This document shows, in pieces, positions 9,986-19,466 of a stretch of DNA of 34,407 nucleotides. The DNA comes from Helicobacteraceae bacterium (GTDB lineage Bacteria; Campylobacterota; Campylobacteria; Campylobacterales; Sulfurimonadaceae): the NCBI GenBank assembly GCA_027081565.1, contig JALWKG010000351.1, forward strand, positions 1-34,407, read 5' to 3'. The position numbers and the translations under genes are program-made. The number at the start of each line of letters is the position of its first letter. Positions within the stretch are counted from its first letter, which is position 1. Below the pieces are notes generated by a model, which saw only the letters and a list, made by a program, of their open reading frames with translations, was not told the DNA's origin and made no database searches.

Positions 9986-10696
9986 CTACTTCACCTCTTT
10001 CAAGGCTTTTTCAAGGTCAAGCGTACCTTCATAGTAGGCCTTACCTACGATGATGCCTTCTATCTCACCCGTTGCAGCAAGCGCGTCGATCTCACTACGC
10101 TCTTTAAGACCACCACTGGCAATAGTCGGAACACCCGAAGCACGAGCAATGTCCAGAGTGAACTCTACATTCACACCTGTCAGCATTCCATCACGTCCTA
10201 CATCCGTACAGATGATCGCTTCAACACCAGCAGCAGCAAACTCTTTGGCAAGATCCGTTGCTTTCATAGAGCTCACTTCACCCCAACCTTCAACGGCTAC
10301 ATAACCATCAATAGCATCAATACCTACAACAACAGGATACTTCGCTGCCATGTCGCGTACAAATTGTGGATCTTTCACTGCAATAGAGCCTAAGATAACA
10401 CGGTCTATACCCAGCTCCAAATACTGTTTTATGGTCGCTTCATCACGAATACCACCACCCAGTTCAAGTTTTACTTTAGAGCTTGCACGGATCTCTTTAA
10501 TAACGTCATGGTTTACCGGTTCACCGGCAAATGCACCGTTAAGATCGACCAAGTGTACCCACTCAGCCCCCATCTCTTCAAAGATCTTTACCTGAGCGAC
10601 TGGGCTTTCATTATAGATCTTTGCACTCTCCATCAACCCTTTTGAGAGGCGTACTGCTTTGCCGTCTTTAAGATCGATCGCAGGAAATAGTGTCAT
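9986..10696 (-). CDS. hisA: ProFAR isomerase (histidine biosynthesis)
   Basis: [44 protein letters not shown]. Confidence 0.98.
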   Translation of the reverse strand: MTLFPAIDLKDGKAVRLSKGLMESAKIYNESPVAQVKIFEEMGAEWVHLVDLNGAFAGEPVNHDVIKEIRASSKVKLELGGGIRDEATIKQYLELGIDRVILGSIAVKDPQFVRDMAAKYPVVVGIDAIDGYVAVEGWGEVSSMKATDLAKEFAAAGVEAIICTDVGRDGMLTGVNVEFTLDIARASGVPTIASGGLKERSEIDALAATGEIEGIIVGKAYYEGTLDLEKALKEVK

Positions 10697-10705
10697 ATGT
10701 TGTCC

Positions 10706-11317
10706 TTATAAAGTTGTAAAATTTTCTAATATCTGGAGCCCGTTTTTATGGCTCTTTTCTGGGTGAGGCTGTATCCCCATAACATTGTCGTTGGCCACTG
10801 CACTGGTAAAGCTGTAGCCATACTCTGTACGACCTATGGTGTTCTCAGGGTCTTCACATACCGCGTGGAAAGAGTGTACAAAATACAAATAGTGCTCATC
10901 ATCCAGGTTTTTGAAAAGCACATGCTCTTTAGTGAACATTCGGTTCCAACCCATGTGAGGGACTTTAAGCGGGTGAGAAAAACGGTTCACATCAAACGCT
11001 TGTACATGTCCCTTAATGAGGCCAAGACCTTCGCTCTCGCCAAATTCTTGGCTCGACTCAAAAAGCAGTTGCATCCCAAGACAGATCCCTAACATCGGGT
11101 CTCCCCCTTTAGCGTATGCCTTTATCGCCTCATCCATGTTACGCTCTTTTAAATGCTCCATCGCATCACCAAAGGCACCAACACCAGGTAAGATCAGTTT
11201 GTCATATGTATGAAACTTGTCGGGATCAGACTCGACTGCAGCATTGACGCCCAAAAGCTTCAACGCATTTTTTACAGAGGCCAAGTTACCCATGTTATAA
11301 TCAACAATACCTATCAT
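10706..11317 (-). CDS. hisH: Imidazole glycerol phosphate synthase glutaminase subunit
   Basis: DYNMGNL, LPGVGAF, GICLGMQ, PHMGWN, YFVHS, QPHPEKS. Confidence 0.98.
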   Translation of the reverse strand: MIGIVDYNMGNLASVKNALKLLGVNAAVESDPDKFHTYDKLILPGVGAFGDAMEHLKERNMDEAIKAYAKGGDPMLGICLGMQLLFESSQEFGESEGLGLIKGHVQAFDVNRFSHPLKVPHMGWNRMFTKEHVLFKNLDDEHYLYFVHSFHAVCEDPENTIGRTEYGYSFTSAVANDNVMGIQPHPEKSHKNGLQILENFTTL

Positions 11318-12225
11318 TCTTCAACACTCTTTCCTGTTAATTTTATGTAAATCGCTAACGAGATCATCAGCAGTGAGACCCCAGCAATAATGTAGATGGC
11401 CATGATCAGTTTGTCAGGTTCGGTCATCGCGAACTTAAAGACCAGCATCAAGGCCTCAATAGAGAGGGCAATGATGATGGAACCCAAAAAGCGTACCATC
11501 GTCTTATGTGGGTCCGAAGCGCTATGATTCTCTGTATGCTTACCCAGCACCTCTTCTTCAAAGAGGGTCTTCACCAGATCAAAAATGGCCAATGAAAGGG
11601 TTAGAAGGATCGTCGCATTAAAGATACTTTTGACCTCAATATTTTGAATATTAAAGCCCTGTTCAAAAAAATAGGCAGTACCTTTCAAAAACAGCAGAAG
11701 TGCGACCATCGCTAGAACCAAGGTAAATGCTGCATATCCATAACGAAATACCCGACCCGAGATAGACTTCATCGCCATTGGGTGTGCGATCTTAAGGACA
11801 GCAGTCAACGGCATATCTAAACATGCTACGTACTGTATCTCCCCTGCACTGTTAAAAATAGGCTTGGAAGCGGTAATAGTCAACTCTTGGGTGATCAACG
11901 AAGGGTAAGGATCAGTGATCGTACAACGTTTCTCTTTCATCGCACGGTAGTAATAAGCACGGTTTGAACGGCGCTGACCTATACACGTATCGGTATGACT
12001 TCCATCAGGCAAATAAGTAGGTGTGATCTGTTCACCCTTGGCATTTAAGACATAAACACCTTCGCATGAGGGAAGATCTCCCATGATCTTGCGAAGACGG
12101 TCCGTCACTGCTTTTTCAGAGATCTCAGGAAGATTATTAGGGAGATTTTTAGAAAAAAGGTAGCAAAAATAGGCCCGCGCCTGTGTACGACTCTCACCAT
12201 AGTGTTGTATGTCACGTGTTAACAT
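11314..12225 (-). CDS. PDC/Cache-like sensor domain plus 4-TM membrane protein (PglG/WlaM-like)
   Basis: RSNRAYYYRA...ITDPYPSL.....IT.SKPI Cache-like motif followed by four TM helices (LAIFDLVKTLFEEEV, SIIIALSIEALMLVFK). Its position upstream of prmA-ftsH matches C. jejuni pglG as I recall it. Confidence 0.7.
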   Translation of the reverse strand: MLTRDIQHYGESRTQARAYFCYLFSKNLPNNLPEISEKAVTDRLRKIMGDLPSCEGVYVLNAKGEQITPTYLPDGSHTDTCIGQRRSNRAYYYRAMKEKRCTITDPYPSLITQELTITASKPIFNSAGEIQYVACLDMPLTAVLKIAHPMAMKSISGRVFRYGYAAFTLVLAMVALLLFLKGTAYFFEQGFNIQNIEVKSIFNATILLTLSLAIFDLVKTLFEEEVLGKHTENHSASDPHKTMVRFLGSIIIALSIEALMLVFKFAMTEPDKLIMAIYIIAGVSLLMISLAIYIKLTGKSVEE

Positions 12226-12328
12226 CCCTACTCCTCTTCAATTATAATTACGCGATTATATCTAAGTGTTGATTAATGCTCAGAAGTGCATGAGTTATTG
12301 CTCTTTTTCCTGCCTCTAACCATCCTTT

Positions 12329-12337
12329 TGCTATAGT
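12329..12337 (+). promoter_or_regulatory. Extended -10 element directly before waaC
   Basis: TGCTATAGT ends 7 nt before the ATG at 12345; no Shine-Dalgarno in between. Confidence 0.5.
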
Positions 12338-12344
12338 CTCATTT

Positions 12345-13358
12345 ATGAATACTCAGCCGCAACGTATTGCTATTGTCAAACTCACTGCCTTAGGCGATAT
12401 TATCAATGGTACTGTTGTTGTACAACTTATCAAAAAGCACTATCCTGACGCTGAAATAGAGTGGTTTTGTGAAGAGGCTTTTGCCGGTATCTTAGAGGGG
12501 CATCCTGGGCTTAAAAAGGTTCACGAAGTCCCTATAAAACGGATCAAAAAAGAGAAAGACCTCATACTTTTAAAAGAGACTGTAACTACCCTTAAGTCCT
12601 CTGGACCTTTTGATATGATCATTGATATGCAGGGGCTTATAAAGTCAGCGGTAGTTGCACGTTTTATAGGTAAAAGCGTCCACGGTTTTGACAAGGGTTC
12701 TGCACGAGAGTCTCTTGCTTCACTGCTCTATAAAACCCACTCCAACATCCCTTACACAAACAATGTCATCAAGCGCAATATTGACGTCGTAGCCGATGCA
12801 TTAGACTTTCAAGTAAGCGACCAAGAGATCTTAGAAAAAAAGCCATGTTTTAAGCAACAACCCAAGCCAAATTTCCTTCAAGAAGCTAAACCAAACATTG
12901 CTATGGTCATCGGTGCTTCATGGCCTTCAAAAGAGTACCCCAAAGAGAAGTTTGTTGAACTCTGTTTTGCCTTGGAAGAGGCAGAGTGTCTTCTTATATG
13001 GGGAAGTGCTCGTGAAAAAGAGATGGCAGAGTTTATCGCAGAACGTACGTCCAATGCCACTGTCACTCCAAAACTCTCTCTAAAAGAGCTCACAGCCACC
13101 ATAGAACATTGTGATCTCACCATTGGCAATGATACTGGTCCCACCCATATCGCCTGGGCGATGAACCGCCCCTCTATTACACTTTTTGGACCCACAAACA
13201 CCCGAATGATCTACGAGACACCTATAAACCTGGCCTGTGAATCCAACTCACCTGTTGATATCAGCCACATCAATAAACAGGATTTTTCTATACAAGAGAT
13301 ATCTGTCGAAAGTATTGCCACAAAAGCAAAAAAGCTTTTAAAGCAAAAAGCGTACTAA
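12345..13358 (+). CDS. waaC: Lipopolysaccharide heptosyltransferase I (GT9)
   Basis: IAIVKLTALGDII, DMQGLIKSA, GFDKGSARE, IGNDTGPTHIAWA, LFGPT. Confidence 0.92.
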   Translation: MNTQPQRIAIVKLTALGDIINGTVVVQLIKKHYPDAEIEWFCEEAFAGILEGHPGLKKVHEVPIKRIKKEKDLILLKETVTTLKSSGPFDMIIDMQGLIKSAVVARFIGKSVHGFDKGSARESLASLLYKTHSNIPYTNNVIKRNIDVVADALDFQVSDQEILEKKPCFKQQPKPNFLQEAKPNIAMVIGASWPSKEYPKEKFVELCFALEEAECLLIWGSAREKEMAEFIAERTSNATVTPKLSLKELTATIEHCDLTIGNDTGPTHIAWAMNRPSITLFGPTNTRMIYETPINLACESNSPVDISHINKQDFSIQEISVESIATKAKKLLKQKAY

Positions 13359-14033
13359 AATATAGAGACCACCCATCATAAGTGGTTGATGAAGCAGATA
13401 GATGACTAGGGCATGACGTCCTAAAAATGCTACTTTGTCAGTCACGACATTAGAGACCATCCCCCAACAAAACCATTTTCTATAGCCTATATATATCCCA
13501 ATATAGACAACACCCAACCATGGAAAAAGGTGACCTATGTCCTGTGTTACAGGGGGTAAAGAGAGAAATTCTGCACTCAGATCATATAGCCAGTCCATGT
13601 TAACATTACAACAGAAGTACACGCCAATGATCACTAAGCCCAAGCCCAAAGCAACTCGGGGAACACGCACAAATGCCAACGCAAAAATAGAACTCACAAA
13701 GATCAGGTGAATAATTCCAAAATAGATCCACGCACTTGGGTAAATAAAGTAAGAGACCACACTAATAAGCAGCGCAGCTATAAAAAGTTTAAAAAGTCTC
13801 ATAAGGTTTTTAGGAAAATTCAAACTCTTTTCATTAACAATATAGAGACTGATCCCTACACTCATCATAAACAAAAAGATGATGAAGTCTCTAAAATACT
13901 TCCAAAAAGCTCCATGATAGATGTCTATCTCTATCAGCCGGTAATAGTTAAGATCAAAGCTAAGATGAAAGATCACCATTAAAATAATAGCCATACCCCG
14001 TATAAAGTCTAATTCCAGGTAACGTTTATGCAA
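13338..14033 (-). CDS. DUF1624 / HGSNAT-like membrane acyltransferase-family protein
   Basis: RYLELDFIRGMAIILMVIFH, YFGIIH, LFPW, LGRHALVIYLLHQP; TTG start after AGGA. Confidence 0.85.
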   Translation of the reverse strand: MHKRYLELDFIRGMAIILMVIFHLSFDLNYYRLIEIDIYHGAFWKYFRDFIIFLFMMSVGISLYIVNEKSLNFPKNLMRLFKLFIAALLISVVSYFIYPSAWIYFGIIHLIFVSSIFALAFVRVPRVALGLGLVIIGVYFCCNVNMDWLYDLSAEFLSLPPVTQDIGHLFPWLGVVYIGIYIGYRKWFCWGMVSNVVTDKVAFLGRHALVIYLLHQPLMMGGLYILVRFLL

Positions 14034-14110
14034 GAAGTGTCCTATTGTAGATTGGGTAGATTATATAACGTAAAAGATTATGGCGAATAGTGTCAAAAAA
14101 AGAGATAAAT

Positions 14111-14489
14111 TGGTGGAGGCGTCGGGTGTCGAACCCGAGTCCAAAAATAGCTAGGAAATGGCGTCTACATGTTTAGAAACATTGTTTAGTTTAATCAGCG
14201 TTCACACAATGTGCAAAGCTACCGCTGACGAGCCTCAAAGGTTCATTTTGCGCTGAGACAGACGCAAAATATATCTGCATAGGGGTTATACTTCGAATCC
14301 TGCATATCCAGAGTCAACAGGTGAAGCAGCCCTCCGACCAAAGCCGGGGTTAAAAACTTAAGCTACTGCTAAAGCTGGGCGGTAATTTGTGTTGTTTGCA
14401 TTTAAGCAAGGTGAGCCGCGTAACGGAAATGCTCAGTCCGACATGCAACCAGATCCCGAAACTACTCCTGTCGAAGCCAAGTCGCCCCC
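14111..14489 (-). ncRNA. ssrA: Transfer-messenger RNA; tag peptide ANNTNYRPALAVA* (14399-14358)
   Basis: Minus strand starts GGGGGCGACTTGGCTTCGAC and ends GGGTTCGACACCCGACGCCTCCACCA. The acceptor stem has the G3-U pair and CCA end. The resume codon GCA follows TAAAT and opens an Ala-rich tag. Confidence 0.97.
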
Positions 14490-14523
14490 GAATCTTGTTA
14501 GGTGTTACAAATTACATAAGAGT

Positions 14524-14532
14524 ATTATAACA
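14524..14532 (-). promoter_or_regulatory. Extended -10 promoter for ssrA
   Basis: Minus strand TGTTATAAT about 35 nt upstream of the mature tmRNA 5' end. Confidence 0.7.
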
Positions 14533-14548
14533 TAGCCCTTGTTACTTT

Positions 14549-15481
14549 TTAGTAGAAGGTCAACATAAACCCATAATCACGGTCTTGAAAACGTACCGGT
14601 TCTACTTGATCACTAGAGTAACCGAACTGCGAAAGGTCTTGATAACGATCGAAAGTACTAAATTCTAAGGTCACGTTTAGGTCAAAAGTGTTACTTAAAC
14701 TACTAGCAACATTACCCATAGGGTCTAAAAGGAAATAACTAAAACTACCCAAGCCTTTAGAACCCCAGATAACACCTTGGTTTTTATCTAACATACCTTC
14801 TAATGTATGTAGCCCCTCACCTAAAAATGATCCTAAAAGTGGCGTTACAATAAGGTCTTGTATGGAAGGGATCTCAGCAAATGCCTCATAGCCATACTCC
14901 CAAAAAAATGTTGACATGACAGTTGAGAAGAGTGCAGACTCGAAGATATTCATACCATCATTTCGCGCCATAGTATAGTAAACTGCTCCAGATATAGGGT
15001 GACCAATATAATTGATAGCCCAATCATCTACATCCCATACCGGTTTAGTAGTCACATGCTCCTGCCAACGTTCACCTAAAGATTTTTTTTGTAACTCTTC
15101 TAAGTCCCAGTTTGAGACACTCTCAGGTAAAACCACTAAAATACCAATAGCACTTATCAATACAACTTGTGTATAAGCAGCATCTTCAACTAACGCTCTT
15201 GTCTCTGCTGACATCTGCTCGTTGACATTAATCTTACGCGCAACATAGTCAACATTCAGAGTAGAATCATAAAGATAAACTTTTGTGTATAACAAAGAGG
15301 TCATCCAGTGTTCATAAAGTTTTTGGTTAAGATCCACTTTAGTGTATAAACTGTTATTTTGATCTAACTTAAAAGGCATGACATTGGGAGAGGGAAGTTG
15401 GTGAAGTTTCTCATAAAGAGAAGGCGTTGCCCAAAGCGATGACGCCAAGGTTATAAATAGTATGGAAAACCTAAAGTGCAT
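14549..15481 (-). CDS. DUF3943-domain exported/outer-membrane protein
   Basis: Signal peptide; WDVDDWAINYIGHPISGAVYYTMARNDG, WEYGYEAFAEIPSIQDLIVTPLLGS; C-terminal YGFMLTFY. Confidence 0.8.
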   Translation of the reverse strand: MHFRFSILFITLASSLWATPSLYEKLHQLPSPNVMPFKLDQNNSLYTKVDLNQKLYEHWMTSLLYTKVYLYDSTLNVDYVARKINVNEQMSAETRALVEDAAYTQVVLISAIGILVVLPESVSNWDLEELQKKSLGERWQEHVTTKPVWDVDDWAINYIGHPISGAVYYTMARNDGMNIFESALFSTVMSTFFWEYGYEAFAEIPSIQDLIVTPLLGSFLGEGLHTLEGMLDKNQGVIWGSKGLGSFSYFLLDPMGNVASSLSNTFDLNVTLEFSTFDRYQDLSQFGYSSDQVEPVRFQDRDYGFMLTFY

Positions 15482-15490
15482 CTATGGTGA

Positions 15491-16231
15491 TTAGTCGTTG
15501 ATCTTCTGCTTGATCTCACTTGCTATAGAACAACATCGCTCGATCTTCTGCTGATAGCTTAGACCTTCTTCTAATAGGACATTGACAAAGGCAGAACCTA
15601 CAATAACGCCATCAGCACCTTTGACTTTCTCTTTTGCTGTCTTTTCGTTAACACCAAAACCAACATAGACCGGAGTCTCTGTATGAGACTTTATAGAAGT
15701 GATAATAGGCTGAAGGTCTTCACTTTTACCACTTCCTGTGATTCCTGCATATGCCACAAGGTAGATGAACTTTTTAGCGTGTTCTACCACTTCCTTGACC
15801 CGTGCATCACCGTCGGTTGGGGCGACAAATGTGATATTGCTGACGCTGTTAACATCAAAAACATCTCTATAAGCACCCGCCTCCTCATGAGGCAGGTCAG
15901 GAATGATCATACCACTCACACCGATCTCTTTTGCTTTTTGGAGCAGTGCTTCCATACCGTACTGATAAAAAGGATTAAAGTAACCCATCCACAGAGTGTC
16001 GACCTTAGGTGCGATCTCTGCTGAAACATCTAAGACATCACTAAAACGCAGTCCTTTTTCCAGTGCAAGAAAGTTTGCTTTTTCGATCACAGGACCATCA
16101 GCGACAGGGTCTGAAAAAGGGACACCAAGTTCTAAAGAGTCTACCCCATTTTCACCCAAGGCCAAGGCGAGATCGACAGTAAATGATTTTTCCGGAAAAC
16201 CGGTAGTAATATACGCAACAAGATGTTTCAA
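15491..16231 (-). CDS. trpA: Tryptophan synthase alpha chain (start placed at TTG 16231 behind GGAG; the ORF track starts at 16249)
   Basis: LELGVPFSDPVADGPVI, IIPDLP, GITG, VGFGV, ADGVIVGSA. Confidence 0.97.
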   Translation of the reverse strand: MKHLVAYITTGFPEKSFTVDLALALGENGVDSLELGVPFSDPVADGPVIEKANFLALEKGLRFSDVLDVSAEIAPKVDTLWMGYFNPFYQYGMEALLQKAKEIGVSGMIIPDLPHEEAGAYRDVFDVNSVSNITFVAPTDGDARVKEVVEHAKKFIYLVAYAGITGSGKSEDLQPIITSIKSHTETPVYVGFGVNEKTAKEKVKGADGVIVGSAFVNVLLEEGLSYQQKIERCCSIASEIKQKIND

Positions 16232-16280
16232 ACTGACTCCAAAGGGCATATATATAATATAGATGCAATATTTAATCGAA

Positions 16281-16303
16281 ATTGTACCACTTTAGGATAA
16301 AAT
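16281..16303. promoter_or_regulatory. Back-to-back -10 elements for trpA (minus) and panB (plus)
   Basis: Minus-strand TGGTACAAT (16289-16281) and plus-strand TAAAAT (16298-16303). Confidence 0.45.
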
Positions 16304-16396
16304 CACGTTAATTACATAGAAGTAGCTCTAAAAACTCAAGCAAATCATTAGATTGGGTTCTATAAGGTCTACTTCTTCCAACAGAAGAATTTATTA

Positions 16397-17188
16397 ATGC
16401 AAAAAAAACTTTCTATAACTAAAATACAAAAAGCAAAAGGTGAACGTCCTCTTACGATGATCACTGCTTATGATGCACTTTTTGCCAAACTGTTTGACCC
16501 TACTGCTGACATGATCTTGGTCGGTGACAGTCTCAACATGAGTTTTGGGGGTAGACCAGACACCTTGAGTGCTACACTCGAACAGATGATCTACCACACA
16601 CAAGCAGTCTGTAATGGTGCTGAAAACTCGTTTATAATCGCAGACATGCCTTTTGGTACATACCCTACTTCTGAAAAAGCTTTACAAAATGCAACACGCT
16701 TTTTTCAAGAGACCAACGCAGATGCAGTCAAAATAGAAGGTGGTGAAGAAAAAGCAGAGACCATTAAATATCTCGTACAAAATGGGATCGCTGTTTGTGG
16801 CCATATTGGCCTTTTACCTCAGTCTGTTCGTGGGGAGGGTGGCTACAAGGTTAAAGGAAAAAACGATGCTGAGGCAGCACAGCTTATCGCAGATGCTAAA
16901 GCTGTTGAAGCGGCCGGTGCCTTTTGTATAGTCATAGAGGGGGTCAAAGCAGAGGTTGCCACAGCGGTCGCTGAAGCTGTTGAAGTGCCTGTTATTGGAA
17001 TTGGTGCAGGAAATGGTGTAGATGGTCAAGTCCTTGTCTTTTCAGACATGTTAGGACTTTTTGAAGCCTTTACCCCTAAATTTGTCAAAAAGTACCTTGA
17101 TGGAGCAACACTCGTAACAGAAGCGGTAACACGCTACAAAGAAGAGGTGGAGTCACGTGTTTTTCCAGATGAGATCCACACCTATTAA
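16397..17188 (+). CDS. panB: 3-methyl-2-oxobutanoate hydroxymethyltransferase
   Basis: MITAYD, ILVGDSL, ADMPF, AVKIEGG, GHIGLLPQ, IGIGAG...DGQVLV. Confidence 0.98.
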   Translation: MQKKLSITKIQKAKGERPLTMITAYDALFAKLFDPTADMILVGDSLNMSFGGRPDTLSATLEQMIYHTQAVCNGAENSFIIADMPFGTYPTSEKALQNATRFFQETNADAVKIEGGEEKAETIKYLVQNGIAVCGHIGLLPQSVRGEGGYKVKGKNDAEAAQLIADAKAVEAAGAFCIVIEGVKAEVATAVAEAVEVPVIGIGAGNGVDGQVLVFSDMLGLFEAFTPKFVKKYLDGATLVTEAVTRYKEEVESRVFPDEIHTY

Positions 17189-17203
17189 GATGAAGCGACA
17201 CTA

Positions 17204-18220
17204 ATGGAACGCATGGTCGAAATAGAGCAGTTTGAAACAGAAGAGCTTACTGAAAGTACCCTACGCCCAGATGCCTGGAACGAGTATATCGGTCAAGAAC
17301 AGATCAAAAAGAACCTCGGTGTTTTTATAGAGGCTTCCAAAATGCGAGATGAGGCACTCGACCACACTCTCTTTTACGGTCCTCCCGGTCTTGGAAAAAC
17401 AACTTTAGCACTTATTATTGCCAACGAAATGAATGCCAACATCAAGGTCACTGCAGCACCTATGATCGAGAAAAGCGGTGACTTGGCAGCTATCATGACC
17501 AACCTTGACGAAGGAGACATCCTCTTTATCGATGAGATCCACCGTCTCTCTCCGGCTGTTGAAGAGATCTTATACTCTGCCATGGAAGACTTTCGTCTTG
17601 ACATCATCATCGGTAGCGGTCCTGCTGCACAAACGGTGAAGATCGACCTGCCCCGTTTTACCCTCATCGGGGCAACCACCCGAGCAGGAATGCTTTCCAA
17701 CCCACTTCGTGACCGTTTTGGTATGAGTTTTCGAATGAACTTCTACTCCCCTCAGGAGTTGGCTAAGATCATCGTACAAGCCTCCAACAAACTGGACAAA
17801 GAGATCGCTGATGAAGCCTCTTTAGAGATTGCCAAACGTTCTCGTGGTACACCACGTATCGCCTTAAGACTCTTACGCCGTGTTCGAGACTTCTCTGATG
17901 TTGCAAAAGAGCCCTCTATTTTACATGAACGCACCAACTTTGCTTTAGAACAGTTGGGCATTAACAGCCATGGTTTTGATGAAATGGACATCCGCCTTTT
18001 GGAGTATCTGATGCAGGCTAAAGGTCGTCCTATGGGCCTCAGTACTATTGCCGCGGCACTAAGTGAAGATGAAGGAACGGTGGAAGATGTCTTAGAACCA
18101 TATCTCTTGGCCAATGGTTATCTTGAACGTACTGCACGGGGACGTGTTGCCACGCAAAAGAGTTATGAGGTCTTAAAATTTAAAGGTCATAACCTTGAAC
18201 AATCACTTTTTAATGACTAA
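17204..18220 (+). CDS. ruvB: Holliday junction branch migration helicase RuvB
   Basis: LRP...[47 protein letters not shown]. Confidence 0.99.
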   Translation: MERMVEIEQFETEELTESTLRPDAWNEYIGQEQIKKNLGVFIEASKMRDEALDHTLFYGPPGLGKTTLALIIANEMNANIKVTAAPMIEKSGDLAAIMTNLDEGDILFIDEIHRLSPAVEEILYSAMEDFRLDIIIGSGPAAQTVKIDLPRFTLIGATTRAGMLSNPLRDRFGMSFRMNFYSPQELAKIIVQASNKLDKEIADEASLEIAKRSRGTPRIALRLLRRVRDFSDVAKEPSILHERTNFALEQLGINSHGFDEMDIRLLEYLMQAKGRPMGLSTIAAALSEDEGTVEDVLEPYLLANGYLERTARGRVATQKSYEVLKFKGHNLEQSLFND

Positions 18221-18229
18221 GGTATAAAG

Positions 18230-19273
18230 ATGGCACAACTCAAACCACAGTACATCATACTCACCCTTTTAGCATTTTCTCTCTACTGGATGTACCTACT
18301 CTATCAACCTTTTTTACTCTCTATTATGATCGCCTCATTGCTTGCAATCTCTACAGTTGGTGTACAGAGACGTTTGGAAGAGAAGACCAGCTCAGTTTTG
18401 CTCTCAGCTATCATCTCTACTATGGCATTGGCCCTGCTCTTCTTTGCACCTTTAGGCTATTTCTTGACAGCATTCACCTTAAAACTCTCCACTATAGATA
18501 TTGCCAGTGTGCAGCATCTCTACGTCAAACTCAATGAATGGGCCCATCATCTGCCAAGTTATCTCTCATTTTTACAGCCTTATGCGCAAGAGAGTCTCAA
18601 GGAATTAGAGGTTAACGACCTCACCACTACTATTTTTAACCTCGCAGGCCAAATCGGTAAATACAGTGCCAACTTCCTCAAGACCGCGATGCTAATTATT
18701 ATTTTTTACTTCTTCTCCCTCTACTATGGTAAAACGATCTTTGATTATCTTAAACGTGTAGTGCAACTGCCCCAACAAGATGCGACCCTGCTTAGTTTTG
18801 AGCTCTCATCTATGATGAGTGTAGTTTTCTATTCTATCTTGACTACTGCTATTTTTGAAGGGGCACTTTTTGGGATTGCTGTAGCGTTTATGGGTTATAA
18901 CGGTCTACTCTTTGGAATACTTTACGGTTTTGCATCACTGCTTCCCGTAGTCGGCGGCGCACTAATGTGGATCCCTTTTATGGTCTTTGAACTTTCCCTG
19001 GGACATACAGGCAGTGCCATTTTTATCGCGCTTTACTCCATTATCGTCATCTCTATAATCGCAGACACAATCATCAAACCTATCATCATCAAAGAGATCA
19101 ACCTCCGCATCGTCAACTCAGAAGGTCAAAAAAACGAACTTCTCATCTTCTTCGCTATCGTAGCAGGACTCGGAGCCTTTGGTTTTTGGGGAATGATACT
19201 AGGACCAGCTATCACCGCATTTTTCTTAGCACTTTTGAAGTTGATAGAGCAGCATCAGAGATTACATCAGTAG
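18230..19273 (+). CDS. AI-2E (UPF0118/PerM) family transporter
   Basis: Multi-TM protein; SLLPVVGGALMWIP, ADTIIKP, GLGAFGFWGMILGP. Confidence 0.9.
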   Translation: MAQLKPQYIILTLLAFSLYWMYLLYQPFLLSIMIASLLAISTVGVQRRLEEKTSSVLLSAIISTMALALLFFAPLGYFLTAFTLKLSTIDIASVQHLYVKLNEWAHHLPSYLSFLQPYAQESLKELEVNDLTTTIFNLAGQIGKYSANFLKTAMLIIIFYFFSLYYGKTIFDYLKRVVQLPQQDATLLSFELSSMMSVVFYSILTTAIFEGALFGIAVAFMGYNGLLFGILYGFASLLPVVGGALMWIPFMVFELSLGHTGSAIFIALYSIIVISIIADTIIKPIIIKEINLRIVNSEGQKNELLIFFAIVAGLGAFGFWGMILGPAITAFFLALLKLIEQHQRLHQ

Positions 19274-19410
19274 AATTAAGAATGATGACACAATCATCTT
19301 AAGAGCAAAAGCTTTTGTACGATACAAGATTTAGTCCCGTCATGCATCTTTCAAAAGGTTGGAAATTTTTCAAAAGTCTAGATGTGGTGTAAGTTGTACT
19401 GGATATGAAC

Positions 19411-19466
19411 CTGATAGCGCACTGCTGTGCGTGGAGAGGTGAACTCCAGTGCAAATTGCGCTGCAG
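19411..19466. repeat. GC-rich interrupted hairpin immediately after the lgt stop codon
   Basis: CTGATAGCGCA...TGCGCTGCAG outer stem and TGGAG-AGGTGAA-CTCCA inner stem. Confidence 0.5.

Noticed and set aside
14040-14135. tmRNA 3' end as an integration site for an island or prophage
   Set aside because: No integrase gene, and I saw no duplicate of the ssrA 3' sequence in the window.
15491-16231. trpA separated from other trp genes
   Set aside because: Dispersed biosynthetic genes are ordinary in Campylobacterota.
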